A stretch of 53,710 nucleotides of DNA, the filler included, from Perkinsus olseni (lineage: Eukaryota), in the NCBI GenBank assembly GCA_013115125.1. It is 3 parts of 3 records of this genome, joined end to end, with 100 filler letters (N's around TTAATTAATTAA, not from the genome) between each part and the next. Parts side by side here need not be neighbours in the genome. Positions count along the whole stretch, not along the records: positions 1 to 17,877 come from JABANN010000630.1; 2 more parts are not named here. The stretch is one strand, 5' to 3'. Both the position numbers and the translations under genes were made by a program. Positions 1 through 10,216 of the stretch are shown here, in pieces; the first letter of the stretch is position 1, and the number at the start of each line of letters is the position of its first letter. Below the pieces are notes generated by a model that was not told the DNA's origin, made no database searches, and saw only the letters and a program-made list of their open reading frames with translations.

Positions 1-414
1 CAGTGCAACAAGTGCAGTTTTCGTGCAATCTTACTGACGATTCAGATATTTACTGATACTTTCAGTCAGAGCCCTCGCTTTCGAGTTCGGATATTCTACC
101 CGCGCAAAGAGCGTTTTACCCCGAGTTAAAACGTCCGTACGTGAGCCCAATCGTTCGCATCGGGCCTTGCGTGCTATGGCCAGCGTACGGCGTAAGTTGG
201 CGTTGTCTATTCCTCCCTGTGTCACCCAATGATCTCCTGTCTGTCCCTGTTCGTCTATCCACTGCAACTGTGTTAGTGGAGTTTCTATCAGCACATTGTC
301 ACTGCTCCTCGGTGACGTAACGGGTGAGGCGGTTGGCGTCCCGGCCCCTTCGCTGTGGAAGCTAAATCGCTGCCCTTCACCCTTCAGTTTGTGCTAATAT
401 AAAATTGTATAAAA

Positions 415-2590
415 ATGGCCGCTCGATCGTACGATGAAACATCTACTGCTGCTACTACGGCCGTTGATATCAGAATCAAGCGTAATTGGGCCGAGAAATG
501 GGTAGTATTACTGCTGGGACAGCTAGAGGTGTCAGAAAGACTAGATGCTGATGCTCAGGTGGACTTGGTGGACTCCTCTAAGTGGCTGGCCATATTCTTT
601 TGTGAAGCTGAGACTATTAAGCCAGCCATTCCTAATAAGGAGGAGAGTCGAGGTTTGAAGGGATTCTGGAAGGAGGTGCGGCAGGAGGCTATTGTTGATA
701 GAGGAATCTTCTCTTCAGTTTGTTTGGTTCATAAGCTCAGTCATTCGAGGGATGGCTCAGCTTACTTGGAATGATAACATCTGTAATAATGGATATTGGT
801 AGTCACCTTAAGCTATTCTGTATCTTTCAGGGACGGGACTTGGTATCCTTTCTGGTGCGTGTGTGGGTAACTGGTGTGTTGGCATATGTGCATTCATTGG
901 ATGTGAGTTCTCGGAAGGGAATCTTAGGTTGAACCTTGCAAGATACAAATATGGTTACATGCTTGGATGGTCAGGTTGTTACACAACTGGTTTCCCTCTG
1001 CTGTTCGGCCCACCTGAGTTGAAGCCTCTCGTTGGTTCCGGCATCTACGGACTGAACGGCACCCTTCTAGGCATGGCTATGGGCTGCTTTGACGCCAGAG
1101 CGTCCCAAGCAAGGACTTGTAGGGCCCCACTGTTCCCCGGTCTCTCTGTTACTCCCTTCTCATTTCAGTCGACGAAGTTATGCTCAGCTGTTGCCGGCTA
1201 TTCCTGCCTTTGAGTTTCATGGCTGTCTTTTGTGCTGTGGTTACTCAGTGGCTCAACACCAAGTGGACCGCTAAGACTGGCATCCCCGCCTGCTCCTGGC
1301 CGTACTACTACTCCAGCTGTCGTCCCTTGGTCGGGGTACTCTCCCTCTTGTTGCCAGATACAACATCTCTATGTGGACCTGGATCGCCTGTGCTACGCTC
1401 ACAACCAACTTCCGTAAGTTGAGGGCGGCGGTGAGGCTGATGTTACTACTGTTACTTTCAGAGACTATCTATACGGCCAACCCTCCCTCGGCTCCTCAAT
1501 ACGGACAGATCACTGTCGAATGGTTCTTCCGTAGTTGGATGACCGGCATTTCCCAAATGATGTTCAGTAACGATAGTCGCTGCCCTACCACCCTCCCCGT
1601 CGAGCGTCGGTGATGGTCAGGTCTAAATATGTGGTCTGGCTTTTGTTTATTGGTTGGTGCCTTCATCGGTTCTCCCTCCACCTGCTTCTTAACTATCTGG
1701 GGTTCCCTTATAGGAGTGGTAACGGGAGTCCTCTTAGGGATGCCCTTCAATTCTATTATCGGCCTTGGAGTGGTAATAACTGACGACGGTCGATGGCTGC
1801 TGCTGTACTGCTGCTCATCGTCATCAGATTGGGTTCAACCCTATTATCTATGCGACTGGTATGGGAGGCCAGTTCGTTGCCCCGAGTTTGGTCGGCTTCA
1901 TCTGGATGACCTTTGGCTGTGTTATGTGCGGCATACTAGCACAGTTGGCCACCAATCTTGCTGTAGGGTGAAGGGATTGAACTTGGGTGGATGGGTTAGG
2001 AGCCGTTGTTAGGTTCTGCCTTGGGGTGGCGGATCTTACTCGGTCCCCTTCACTCTGATGACAACGTTCATGTTTGGTCTATTCCAGGAGGATCTGGTTG
2101 CCAGAGTGAGTCGGACCTGAGCTGTTCTGTATCTTACCATCTTCGACCTATGATACGCCCATAGGTTCCTCTGATGCCTGCTCGGCTATGGAAGAACGTC
2201 GAGCGAGTATGGGCGGCCAAGAGTCGTGCCAGCCAGGCATCCAGCATACTTTTGAAAATCCTGACTGTTGGTCATAAGAGGGAGGCCACTCCGAAGAAGA
2301 GGCTGTCGTCTAGCCAGCAACATGACACCAATACTGTCGCTTCATCAGAGGTGAGAAGCAGCAGCTGCTGGGGGGTGTGGTGATGGTGGAGGGTGGTGTG
2401 TGGTCAGAGCACAGCAGCGCCGCCATCATCACCGAGTCAGGAGAGTTTGATGCTTAAGGAAGTTTCCACTACTACTATTCAGAGTAACTCGAGTAGCGTC
2501 AGAACGACTACGTCCACAGGCAACGTCACGGCGTCACAGCAACATCAGCAGCAACAACAACAACAGGATAGGACCTTGAGGAGGAGGTGA
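415..2590 (+). CDS. Urea transporter (UT/SLC14 family), multi-exon
   Basis: Spliced exons give two homologous halves with UT motifs: SVIRGMAQLTWNDN / SWMTGISQMMFSND, SGIYGLNGTLLG / GFNPIIYA, GIPACSWPY / GSYSVPFTLMT. Many hydrophobic helices, short GT-AG introns, and a S/T/Q-rich tail ending at TGA 2590. Confidence 0.85.
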
Positions 2591-2599
2591 TTCATAAAA

Positions 2600-2640
2600 T
2601 GCCGGCTGTGGGAATCGAACCTGGGTGCCTATCCTTCCCA
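2600..2640 (-). pseudogene. tRNA-like 3' fragment (T-loop/B-box + acceptor strand + T-tract)
   Basis: Minus strand reads CCAGGTTCGATTCCCACAGCCGGCA-TTTT, resembling the 3' end of the tRNA-Leu at 48048 (GGTTCGAACCCCACAGCTGACA). No complementary 5' acceptor strand was found. Confidence 0.45.
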
Positions 2641-2660
2641 GGTCTAGTGTTGCTGCCCAT

Positions 2661-3235
2661 ATGGCTGAGGAGGGCCGTTTGGCTGAGCTCCGTGCTATCG
2701 ATCCCACCCAAGCGCCCATCTCTGAGTAAGTAGGAAGAGGAGCTTCGCAGCCGAGGGTTGGTTCATCATCTCTGTTCGATCGTTTATGGCGAGCCGTTGG
2801 ATTTGCCATTAGCAACTGACACGCGGTCTTAGTGAGCTGGGATCATTTCCGATAATTCGAAAATTTTCGTTTCGCTCAGCTGGTCATTTTCCTGTAAGGA
2901 ACCCTCGTGCAATAGCCAACACTTGGAGCTTTTCGGCGTCTGCCCGAGAAGAGTTGCATCGCCATCCTTTCAGGTCGGACATCGTGGAGCTTATGATCGC
3001 CGCTGGAGACATGGGCAGCCAAGCGGGTTTGACTGCTCAGGACGGCCCCGAGTCTGGCTGGAGGAAGGCCCTCATCGAAACTGCACTGAGGACTCACGGC
3101 TCACGGTTCGCTAAGGTGATGGACGAGCGTCTACCGGCTGCGAGTGAGAGCCTTCGTCAAGCGGCAAAGGAGATAGCTGCAACGACTTCGGCGTGCAAGA
3201 AAGTTGACGTGGGGCCGGTTGCAAGGAGTGGATGA
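2661..3235 (+). CDS. Small hypothetical protein (exon structure unresolved)
   Basis: ATG 2661 (MAEEGRLAELRAIDPTQAPIS) followed by a GTAAG donor. An open terminal exon of about 2899-3235 follows an AG acceptor. Splice phases could not be reconciled by eye. Confidence 0.3.
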
Positions 3236-3413
3236 GGGATGCCGTTCGTGTCACGGCTGAGCTTGTTGTAGTTTATATCATCGTCGTGGCATCACCCGCA
3301 GTGAGTAACGTGCAAATTTATAGTAGCCCCCCCCCCCCTCCACCCTCCCCCGGCCTTCTCTCTAGTTCTGTTGCTGCTGTCTAGTAGTCGGTCATAGTTC
3401 TATGCCTAATGTT

Positions 3414-3437
3414 ATCATCATCATCATCATCATCATC
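3414..3437. repeat. (ATC)n microsatellite in a low-complexity intergenic region
   Basis: About eight ATC units; (GTA)n, (GTG)n and a poly-C tract lie nearby (3326-3601). Confidence 0.8.
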
Positions 3438-4098
3438 CACGTGAGTTGTGGGGTGGTGATGGTGTTCCCTCCCTCCTCTGTTGCTCCTTGTCGTAGTAGT
3501 AGTAGTTCTCGTCCTTATGCTGTCTGGAGTCCTTGAGGTCTTCTCTAAGAGAGACACTGACGGCCCTCTTTCTGCCACCACCACCATCGTGGTGGTGGTG
3601 GCTGTAGGGCTAGATCATCATCACTCACTCCCTCCTCTGTTCCTATGTGTTGTATCGCCTATCGGCGCCGGGGTTAGCCATCCCTCGACGACCACCGTCT
3701 GCCCATCACTGAACTTTATCCTCTACCGGCCTCCCACCACTGAGTGGTTGCTGCTAAGCTGTACCGTATTTTCTAGTACTGAACTTTATGTTTGTATCTG
3801 AGGTGCTACTGCTGTTGCTCCTACCACTATACCCGTCTCATCATCATCGTAACGGTTGCTCACCTGGGTGGTGGTCAGCCGCCAACATGTAGACTATTTT
3901 TTACTGAACTTTATCCATTTATCTGTACGCACCTACTCAGTGCTCACCTTCTACTACTGCTCGTGCTGTACTTGTCCCGCTGCTGCTGATGCTTCGAGAA
4001 TGTGCATTTGTCTCCTGCAGGTTGTAGCTGTCCTTTGGTTGTGAAGGGCCTTCTTGTTGTTGTTGTTTTGATGGTCTGATGTTCAGTTGAAGCGCTTG

Positions 4099-7000
4099 AT
4101 GGACACCACATTCAACCCTTACGCATCCTCAGCATCGTCAGCCACCCCCACCACCCAACAACAACAAGCATCGCCCCTTCAGCATCCTCTGGTGGACCCG
4201 CTGCCCTCGAGTAATACTACAGCAGCAGCAGTAGCAGCTCCACCACCACCCTCGGCTGGGAGACCTTCTGGGCTGGCGGCTGCTGCCGCGGGGGGCTCTG
4301 TGGACGACTTCCTGGGTGTGCTCGGCTATGACCAGAGCCAAACGCCAGCAGGTCGAGGGGTCAGCGACCAGGCTGCTCAGGGTGGTATCGGATTCCCGAC
4401 TGCGTCGTCTACCGCGGCGTATGACGGAGGTGGGGCGGAAGGGGGAGGGTCGCCGGAGACGGAACAACAGATGGTGTTACAGCAGCTGTTACTGCTAGAC
4501 CAACTGCAGCGACAACAACAACAACAACAACAGAATGGTGGAACCCCCGGGGTGAGTGTTGAGCCCTTGAGGGAGTTTATAGAGACTTTCGTGTTCAGGC
4601 CAATGACCGGCAGATGGCAGGCTTTGGTTCGGAGAGCGGTAACCTGGCGGGTCTCTTGGGTAGCAGTGCTACGGCAGGGCACCTCGGTGACAGTGGTGCC
4701 CTTGCCGGAGGGGCCGCTGGACATAGCAACAACAGAAGCAGCAGCAGCAGTCGGGCTTTCTTCCCGCACCTAGGAGAGGACGGCAGAGCTGCTGACAGCG
4801 GCGCCGGGGCACCTGGTGTGGGCGCGAATGAAGACCAGCTGCAGTTGGGGCTGCTTCTCCAGCAGCAACGTGAAGCGGCGGCGGCAGCAGCTGCTGGAGA
4901 CGCTGCTGCCACTGCTACAGCGCCGGCGACGGCAGCAGGCGCACCCGGTGGATTCCCTGTTGCTTCCGCCGGTGGACAGGAGAACTCCCGTGGGGGAGTG
5001 GTACGAGGTGGCACGCCGACGGGTGGTGGCCAGACGAACGAGGTACGATGAGAGGCCGTCGGGGGTCTGAGAGTCGACGATCCTCGGTTATCAGGTCATT
5101 CAGCAGCTGCAGCAGCAGCTGACCTTCGCTATGGCACTGCAGCTGCTACAGCAGCAGGGAGGCGTGGAGGGAGGACAGCCTCCAGGGTCGAGAGCGCAGC
5201 AGCCACAACAGCAGGCTGCCGGAGGTGAGGGTGGGGAGTCGGTCGGCGGATGGGGTAACTTGTCCCTGTAGGTGGGTCGATGTCTCCTTCGTTTTTGACG
5301 AACCTCTCACAGCACTTGGAAGGGTCTCCGATGGAGGGCTTGGGTGGGCTGAGAGGGCGTCCTTGATTCTTCCTGATCTGAGCCTCAGATTCTGCCCTCG
5401 GCAAGACACAGCAGAGCAGCAACGATGGCAACTCGGCCTTGGCAGCAGCAGCGGCCATGCTACAAGGGGGCGCTGCTGCTGATCTTTCCGCGGCTCCCCA
5501 GCATCCTCAGCAGCAGCAGCAGTTGCCGCTGGAATTCAGCCCGCAACGGCAGGCTCGACAGGCCGAGGCCTCTGGGGGGTATTCGGCCATGAGCGTTCAT
5601 CAACAACAAGTGCTGCGGCAACATGTAGTGGACAAATTTGATATGTCCAGCGATCGGTGGACGCAAGCGACGGGGAAGCAGTTGGAGCTGATAATAAGGT
5701 GACCTGTTTCCGCTGCTTCTGCTGCTGTCTACTCTTGCTCTTAGGGCCTTGTACCAGTGCAATCCGCAGATGCGGGAGAAGGGGGATCTGGCCGCGGCCA
5801 TATGGCACGCAGTGGGGATGCTTTGCCTCCATCGCGCATCCGCAGCAGCTGCTACTGCCGGATCGCCGTCGTCATCGCCGATTCGTGGCGGCTCCCCTCG
5901 AGGGGTGCCGAGGAGCCGTGGCTCTCCGACAGCAGCAGCTGCCTCAGCTACGTCCCCGGCTGCGGTAGGTGTGCGGCTAAGTGCGAGGGTGAGGGTGATG
6001 CTCTTCTGTTGTCAGGAGTTGAGGAACTTGTTGTTGACGTCGAAGGAGTGGCAGGTGGCGGCAGGCGTCGTATTTTCTATCGCTCACGTCATCAACTCGC
6101 TATATGCGGACAAGTGCGGACGAGTGGACCAGAAGTCGTTATTGATGGCCCTCACGCTGGCGACCAGCCCCAACAGTGTAGGCTCAGCCCGATGATACTC
6201 TCTCTGAGGACGCCTTTGTCGTCAGCTGACTGAGAGCGAGCTGGTGGGCATCTCCCGTTTGCAGCAGAGTATCTTGGCGAATCTTCCAGCCAAGGCTTTG
6301 ACGGATGAGGTCGCCCCAAGTCTAGTGGACCCCTATATTAGAGTAAGGGATAGACGAGCGGAGCGAAGCGTTTTTTGTTTGCATCATTTTTGGTCAGAAT
6401 TTGAAGCCTCTGATCGACTTATCGCATCCGTCCCTCCTAGACGCCACCCGACTGCCAATATTTGAACGGAGCGCCTTGAGGTAGTTACCTCACCACTGCT
6501 TCGCTCCGCTAAAGGACTTGTCATTTTTCCAGGTACGCACTGCAAGGGTACAGCTCTCGCCTGTGTCTATTTGCGGACGCTCATCTGCTAGCTCTGACGT
6601 CGATAGCGCTCGCCTCGACAGAATTTGGGATTAATGTCACGCAGCTGAGCCACCCGTACCGGCCGAACGTGCCGTGGTATCAACTGGTGGGAGGGGACTC
6701 TCCGGCAGCACAGAGAGCGAGAAGAAATGGGAGTTCGACAGAGTCCGACCTGCACGTGGCTGTGCAGCTGTTGCTGAAGTATTGCCGAACAACGGCGGCC
6801 TCAGCGGCGAGGAGGGCAGCGACGGCGGAAGCTGTGGTGGGGTCTCCGAGACGGTTATCGCCAGCGATGGCTGCTGCTGTTGCTGGGGGGTTGCTGAGCA
6901 AAAGAATTGATTTTGATAGTCATCAGCCACTGGGTGTTTCGATATTGGGAGACCGAGTAGTGGATGTCGACCCGGGACGCCAGGCGGCGTGCATTGGAGT

Positions 7001-7986
7001 CCGACGGGGATGGCGACTGGTGAAGGTCAACGAACATGCTTTCTCCGGAGAGATCCTGCGTGATGTCATCGCTTTGAGGGGAAGATGCACGATCGAGTTC
7101 GAGATGCCGGCGGACGAGCTAGCAGTGGTTGGCAGTGGTGGAATCCCGACCGACTCGGGCAGCACGACGGTGACGGCTGGCAGCGGTACTAGTAGCGACC
7201 GAATGAATTTTGGGACGGCCATGGCGGTTGTGGGGAAGCGGAAACCGACAGCGGCGAGGCAGCAGAGCAGAGGGAAGGCTGAGAGCCCGTCTAAGAGGCG
7301 TCGGGCAGGGTCGGGTACGGCGAAGAAGGCGACGACAGCAGCTGGCAAAGGGAAGAAGGTAAGCAACTCTTGTGATGTTGTGGTTGGTGTAGGGTCGAAC
7401 GACAGGTTGCTATTCCATCTGGGGAAGCAGCTCTGGCGGCAGCTGCCGCGGCTGAAGTTGCCGCGGCTGCTATGGCGGCTGTGGGGCTGATGAAGGAGCC
7501 GGCGGGAGCAACGGAGGAAGCGAGTGGTGGCGGTGTGGCATCAGGAGAAGCATCTGCTCAAGCTGCTGCGCCAGCTCAAGCGGTAGAGCTCGGCTGCCGT
7601 TTCTGTCGTCGCCCCGCGCCGCGCAGGTTCTAGCCCTGGCGTTGTCATTTAGATTTTTTCAGAGCGAAGAGCCTCGCGAGCAGCAGCAGCCATTGCCTGC
7701 CTCCTCGGTCCCTTTGGTTGACAACGTGGACGTTGATGCACCCTTACCGGAAGGCCCTCCGAAAGAAGAAGCTGTGCCTCCCCCGGTCGACGCCCCTCTG
7801 GAGCTCAATCAGACCGTCCCGACTGACACCACCTCGCCACCCCGGACCGACGAGATGGGACCGCTGGAGGACAGCAAAGGTGATGCTGAGTCTGAGATTG
7901 CAGCGGTAGCGGCAGCAGCGGCAGCGGCAGCTGTCGGGGAGGCAGGAGGACCGATGACGGGGGAGACGGACAAGACTGAGAACTGA
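4099..7986 (+). CDS. Large Q/A/G-rich protein with a PDZ domain and a putative cyclin-box region, multi-exon
   Basis: PDZ-like segment at ~6903-7103 (RIDFDSHQPLGVSILGDRVVDVDPGRQAACIGVRRGWRLVKVNEH...CTIEFE). Upstream exons (AIWHAVGMLCLHR, KEWQVAAGVVFSIAH, IFERSALE...EFGINVTQLSHPY) resemble cyclin-box helices. Basic NLS-like stretch PSKRRR; poly-Q N-terminus. Confidence 0.6.
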
Positions 7987-8060
7987 CGAGGGCTGCGCCT
8001 GTTATAGTCAGCTTTTGTGCATAGTGTCGATGCTTTTGACTGGAAGACAAAGACGACAGA

Positions 8061-8177
8061 AGCAGCAGCAGCAGCAGCAGCAGCAGGGAGAGCAGTTCTT
8101 AGAGGCAACAGCAGTGGCAGGGAAAGTTGTCTCAGTGTCGGAGTTGCTGCTGCTGCTGCTGCCGGTGCTGCTGCTGC
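8061..8177. repeat. Facing (GCA)n and (TGC)n trinucleotide tracts
   Basis: (GCA)n at 8061-8086 and (TGC)n at 8145-8177 are reverse complements of each other. Confidence 0.7.
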
Positions 8178-8424
8178 AGCAGGTGGTTCATCTACTCTTG
8201 CCTTCTATTGATGATACTTGCTGTTGATACTGATAGAAAAATAGTAAAACTGCTGTTGATGCTGTGTCGGAGGTGGTTGGAACCGTATGACGGAGACGTT
8301 AATGAAGCTGCTGGTGCTGCTGCTGACGATGATGATGATGCTGATGATTATTATTATTATTACTATGAAAATTGTCAAAGAACTTCGATACAGCCCCCAC
8401 TCCCTTTGTGTATTCTCTCAGCGA

Positions 8425-9987
8425 ATGCTGCACCTTTTTTTATCTTATCATTGCACGAATCGTTCCGCTCATCTCATCAACCACCACCACCCTGGCCTCG
8501 CTGCTGCCATCACCGCCCTTCCGTCGTCTACTGTAGCATTTGTAGCATTACCAACTATCGCAGGCCCTCCTTCTACTCCTCGTGGGGCCTTCAGTCGAAT
8601 ACTCTTTCAGCCACTTTACCATTCCCACCATCGACGTCGAGATGTCTATCACGGTGGTCCATCTTTTGTAAAGATAGTCATCGAGTCCGCTGCCTCTTGC
8701 CACTGCTCGGTGGTTGGCAGTGAGAAGCCGGCGGTGATGATAGTACAGAGAAGGACTAGGAAGCGGCGGCTACCAGGGGATCGTATCTTGCCAGTGACGA
8801 GTGAGTTGAGTTCATGAGCATCTTCGAGGGTTGGGGCGATTTTGTGGGTATCAGAATTTATCATCCTCTTCTGTCCTAGACAAGTTCCGCCGATATCATC
8901 GCTACACGATCAATCTGATACCATTGCCATCAGCGCGCCATCAACCGCACCCTCGCCCTCACCACCCCTCAACATCAAAGGCGGCTCTATTGGGGACTGC
9001 ACAAACAGCATCGACGACGGTGATCATCCTAGGACAGCGGCAGCGGCGGCGAGTAGGGTCCTCGTCGCGAATAATTGTACTCGGCCACCGAGAGCGTCTA
9101 AGAGCGGCTGCAACTACGCTGCCGTGGACGAAGGAAAGCGGACGGAAGAGCGCCATGCCGCTGTCATCTCCTCATCATCATCATCCTCGTCGGATGCTGC
9201 GGCACCGCAAATAGCGGTTGATGGTGGTAATCCATCAGCAGCAGCAGCAGTGGCTGATGACTATCAGCGAAAGAAGCGGATTCAGGGGGACTACGCTTAC
9301 TTCGTTAAGAACACGTACTCGAAGCAGTGTAGGGGAACTGGGGGTTTGTTAATGACGACGATGGTATTGGTCTCAGGCGCCTTGCTGGGCTACAACTTCC
9401 ATGCGTTGCTCTGTGGCTTGGGTATTTACGACCTCCTTCCGTACGACCAGGATACTCGACTGGTATCGGTGACACTAATGTACATTTTTTACAAGTACCA
9501 ATTGCATCCGTGCGATATAGCCCTCAACCTGGCGACAGCATTGATATATCTACAAGTAAGACGCTTTCTGTGACTTCCCAGCATCAACCTAAGATACGTT
9601 GATTCAGGATACGCCCTCGGATGTTCTGAGGGAGTTGGGTGAACTAGGTCATAACGCTTTCAACGTGGTCGTGTACCATACCTATTTAGCGCACGCTTGG
9701 AACGATGATGTGACGATAAAACTGAAAGATTGGTAGTATTGGGGGAATCCTAATCGATCACGTGATCGTTCTGCTTGGATGCCACCAGGTACAATGAAGT
9801 CGGTCGACTGTACTTCCCCTCGGTAGCCGCTATGAACGATTTTGTATGGGCGATTTTCTCCAAGGGACGAGGTTTTCACCTCTTCGTTGAAGAACGTAAG
9901 TCACGGCAACTCCGGCCGGTGGGAGTCGGTAGAATCTCAGGGCGAGTGGGACGGTACGTGAAGAAGCTGTGTTCGCTGCCAATGTGA
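8425..9987 (+). CDS. Cyclin-like protein, PHO80/cyclin P(U)-type; start uncertain
   Basis: Spliced C-terminal part CDIALNLATALIYLQ-DTPSDVLRELG...VVVYHTYLAHAWNDDVTIKLKDW-YNEVGRLYFPSVAAMNDFVWAIFSKGRGFHLFVEE parallels the PHO80-family pattern (LAxKxxDD...W.xVG...xxEMNxLE...FxLFV). Confidence 0.6.
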
Positions 9988-10216
9988 GGATGGTGATGCT
10001 TGCCTGGAGGAGGACCATTGTAGACAACCCGCGTGCTGCTGTTTTACGCGAGTCACCTCTTACCGGTTACGCCGGAATGAGGGGCTCTCGATGCTGCTGC
10101 TGCTGCTGCTGCTTTCGATCTTGGACAGTTGTGTGACTATTATTCAATTACCCGAAATTGCTTGTAAAATGAGGGTATTGTGTTGGACGGGTGGGCGGGT
10201 AGTGATCTTGTAGGTT

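Noticed and set aside
31..294. Minus-strand 87-aa ORF, possibly a retroelement fragment
   Set aside because: No recognisable motif, non-ATG start, and at the window edge.
4138..8227. Numerous overlapping antisense and alternate-frame ORFs (poly-C/L/A translations)
   Set aside because: Shadows of GC-rich, CAG/GCT-rich coding sequence.
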